Shown here in pieces: positions 62,859 to 64,000 of a stretch of DNA of 64,000 nt. The notes beneath the pieces were generated by a model that saw only the letters and a program-made list of their open reading frames with translations, did not search any database and was not told where the DNA came from. Both the position numbers and the translations under genes were made by a program. This stretch comes from a virus (taxonomy: Duplodnaviria; Caudoviricetes), in the IMG/VR virus record IMGVR_UViG_3300020577_002429, positions 1-64,000 of that record, one strand, 5' to 3'. Numbering within the stretch: the first letter of the stretch is position 1; every line of letters starts with the position of its first letter.

Positions 62859-63940
62859 TATGATAACTCCACTACTCTTACATTATGCGATCCGGATGTC
62901 GCTATTAAATAAACAGTAACATTTGGTCCCAATTCAAAAGATACGCTTGTGTTCCTGGCCAAAGGAAATCCATTTGACGTAGTAACTCCAGTACTAAATC
63001 CATAGTAAAGAATATTTCCAACAGTAGCGCTATTATTATAGATAGTTATATTTTTTCTATTTGCTAAATTAGTTCCACTAACATTAATAGCCGTTGCTGT
63101 AGTTGATACGGTTACTGCACCGTTTACTGCTGTAGCATTTGATATATCAGTTACGGATATAGTATTATTGTATGTGGTTAATTTAGTATCAATACTATTT
63201 AAACTAGTATTACCAGTTGATTGTAAGGCACTAGTAGCTGCCCCTGTAGGTAAAGGTAAAGATATAGCTGAAATAGGCTGAGTTACACCAGAGTTGTCCG
63301 TAAGTAATCGAGTAGACGTTACCGTTAAACCTGAAGGTAATTTTGTATTTATAGCTGCAACAGTAGTTTCAGTTGCTACTCCCGCGATTGTGCCTAAATT
63401 TGCGGTCACTGTACCGTTTACCGGTATAGGATTACCTACGTCATTAGATATCTCAATGCTAGCATTACTTATAGTAGCTGTTACTGGATTATTTGGACTT
63501 AATGTAACAACTAAAGCTTGATCAGCGGCTACTGCTGCCGTTGAAGGAGCTTTTACGGTAAGATTGGATGGTATTTTACCATTCAAAGTACTTAACGTTG
63601 TTTCAGTTGCGGCGCCAGTTGGTAGTGGTAACGATGCTGCCGAAACCGCTACTGTATTTGTAACAGTAGTTGATGTTAAACTTACCGGTACATCAGTTTG
63701 ATTAGATGCAAGCGTAACTGGCATTGATGCCGCCATAGTAGTTTGTCCTAAAGCTGCCGGAATACCAGCATCAATACTAGCTAATGTAGAATTAGTTGTA
63801 CTTAACTTAGTATCAACAGATGCTAGAGTCGTTTGAGTAGCGGCTCCTGGAGGTAAAGGTAGAGATACTGCGCTAATAGGCTGGGTAGCTGGGAAGTTAG
63901 CGATAGATACAGAACCGCTTACTGGTACCGGATTTCCCAC
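62858..63940 (-). CDS. Ser/Thr/Ala-rich virion protein with LPLPTGAAT repeats
   Basis: Three to four SLPLP(T/P)GAAT repeats; C-terminal beta domain. Confidence 0.7.
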   Translation of the reverse strand: MGNPVPVSGSVSIANFPATQPISAVSLPLPPGAATQTTLASVDTKLSTTNSTLASIDAGIPAALGQTTMAASMPVTLASNQTDVPVSLTSTTVTNTVAVSAASLPLPTGAATETTLSTLNGKIPSNLTVKAPSTAAVAADQALVVTLSPNNPVTATISNASIEISNDVGNPIPVNGTVTANLGTIAGVATETTVAAINTKLPSGLTVTSTRLLTDNSGVTQPISAISLPLPTGAATSALQSTGNTSLNSIDTKLTTYNNTISVTDISNATAVNGAVTVSTTATAINVSGTNLANRKNITIYNNSATVGNILYYGFSTGVTTSNGFPLARNTSVSFELGPNVTVYLIATSGSHNVRVVELS

Positions 63941-64000
63941 ATCATTCTTAATTTCTACTTCAGAATTAATTGTGACATTTCCACCAGTGATATTAACATC

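Noticed and set aside
34336-63940. Many + strand ORFs inside the - strand virion genes, and - strand ORFs inside + strand genes elsewhere
   Set aside because: Antisense shadows of well-supported genes, with no RBS or recognisable motifs.
1-64000. Stop-codon reassignment
   Set aside because: Long core genes are intact in the standard code and TAA, TGA and TAG all terminate genes normally; the few breaks are frameshifts, not in-frame stops.
1-64000. tRNA or rRNA genes
   Set aside because: No cloverleaf with GTTCRA T-loop consensus or rRNA-like sequence recognised by eye; tRNAscan-SE would be needed to exclude atypical ones.

Overview
AT-rich, gene-dense segment of a tailed dsDNA phage genome, most likely a podovirus-like phage; the host cannot be determined. 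Bases 1-34055 are almost all + strand. They hold the 3' end of a homing endonuclease and a tandem array of about 23 translationally coupled micro-ORFs (958-5889) sharing a short [R/K]xx[hydrophobic]K[hydrophobic]x[K/R][hydrophobic] helix. Next comes a non-coding control or terminus-like region (5890-6687) packed with sigma54-type motifs, then small early genes (probable SAM lyase, split HNH, collagen-like lipoprotein). The rest of this arm has two sigma-factor-like genes, a PD-(D/E)XK exonuclease with an ERF recombinase, a family A DNA polymerase, a GIY-YIG endonuclease, a metallophosphoesterase and other accessory genes. Bases 34047-64000 are a - strand virion module: ejection-like proteins, tail tubular/stabilisation proteins, tail fibres, M15 peptidase endolysin, major capsid protein and scaffold. 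These late genes are preceded by a recurrent motif, TAACATATATT, that is probably a late promoter. A + strand island (HNH and Mom-like GNAT) interrupts the module. At least three intergenic regions look like structured non-coding RNAs. No terminase, portal, primase/helicase, integrase, tRNA, CRISPR array or reverse transcriptase was recognised. All family assignments come from motifs read by eye; no database searches or folding programs were run.
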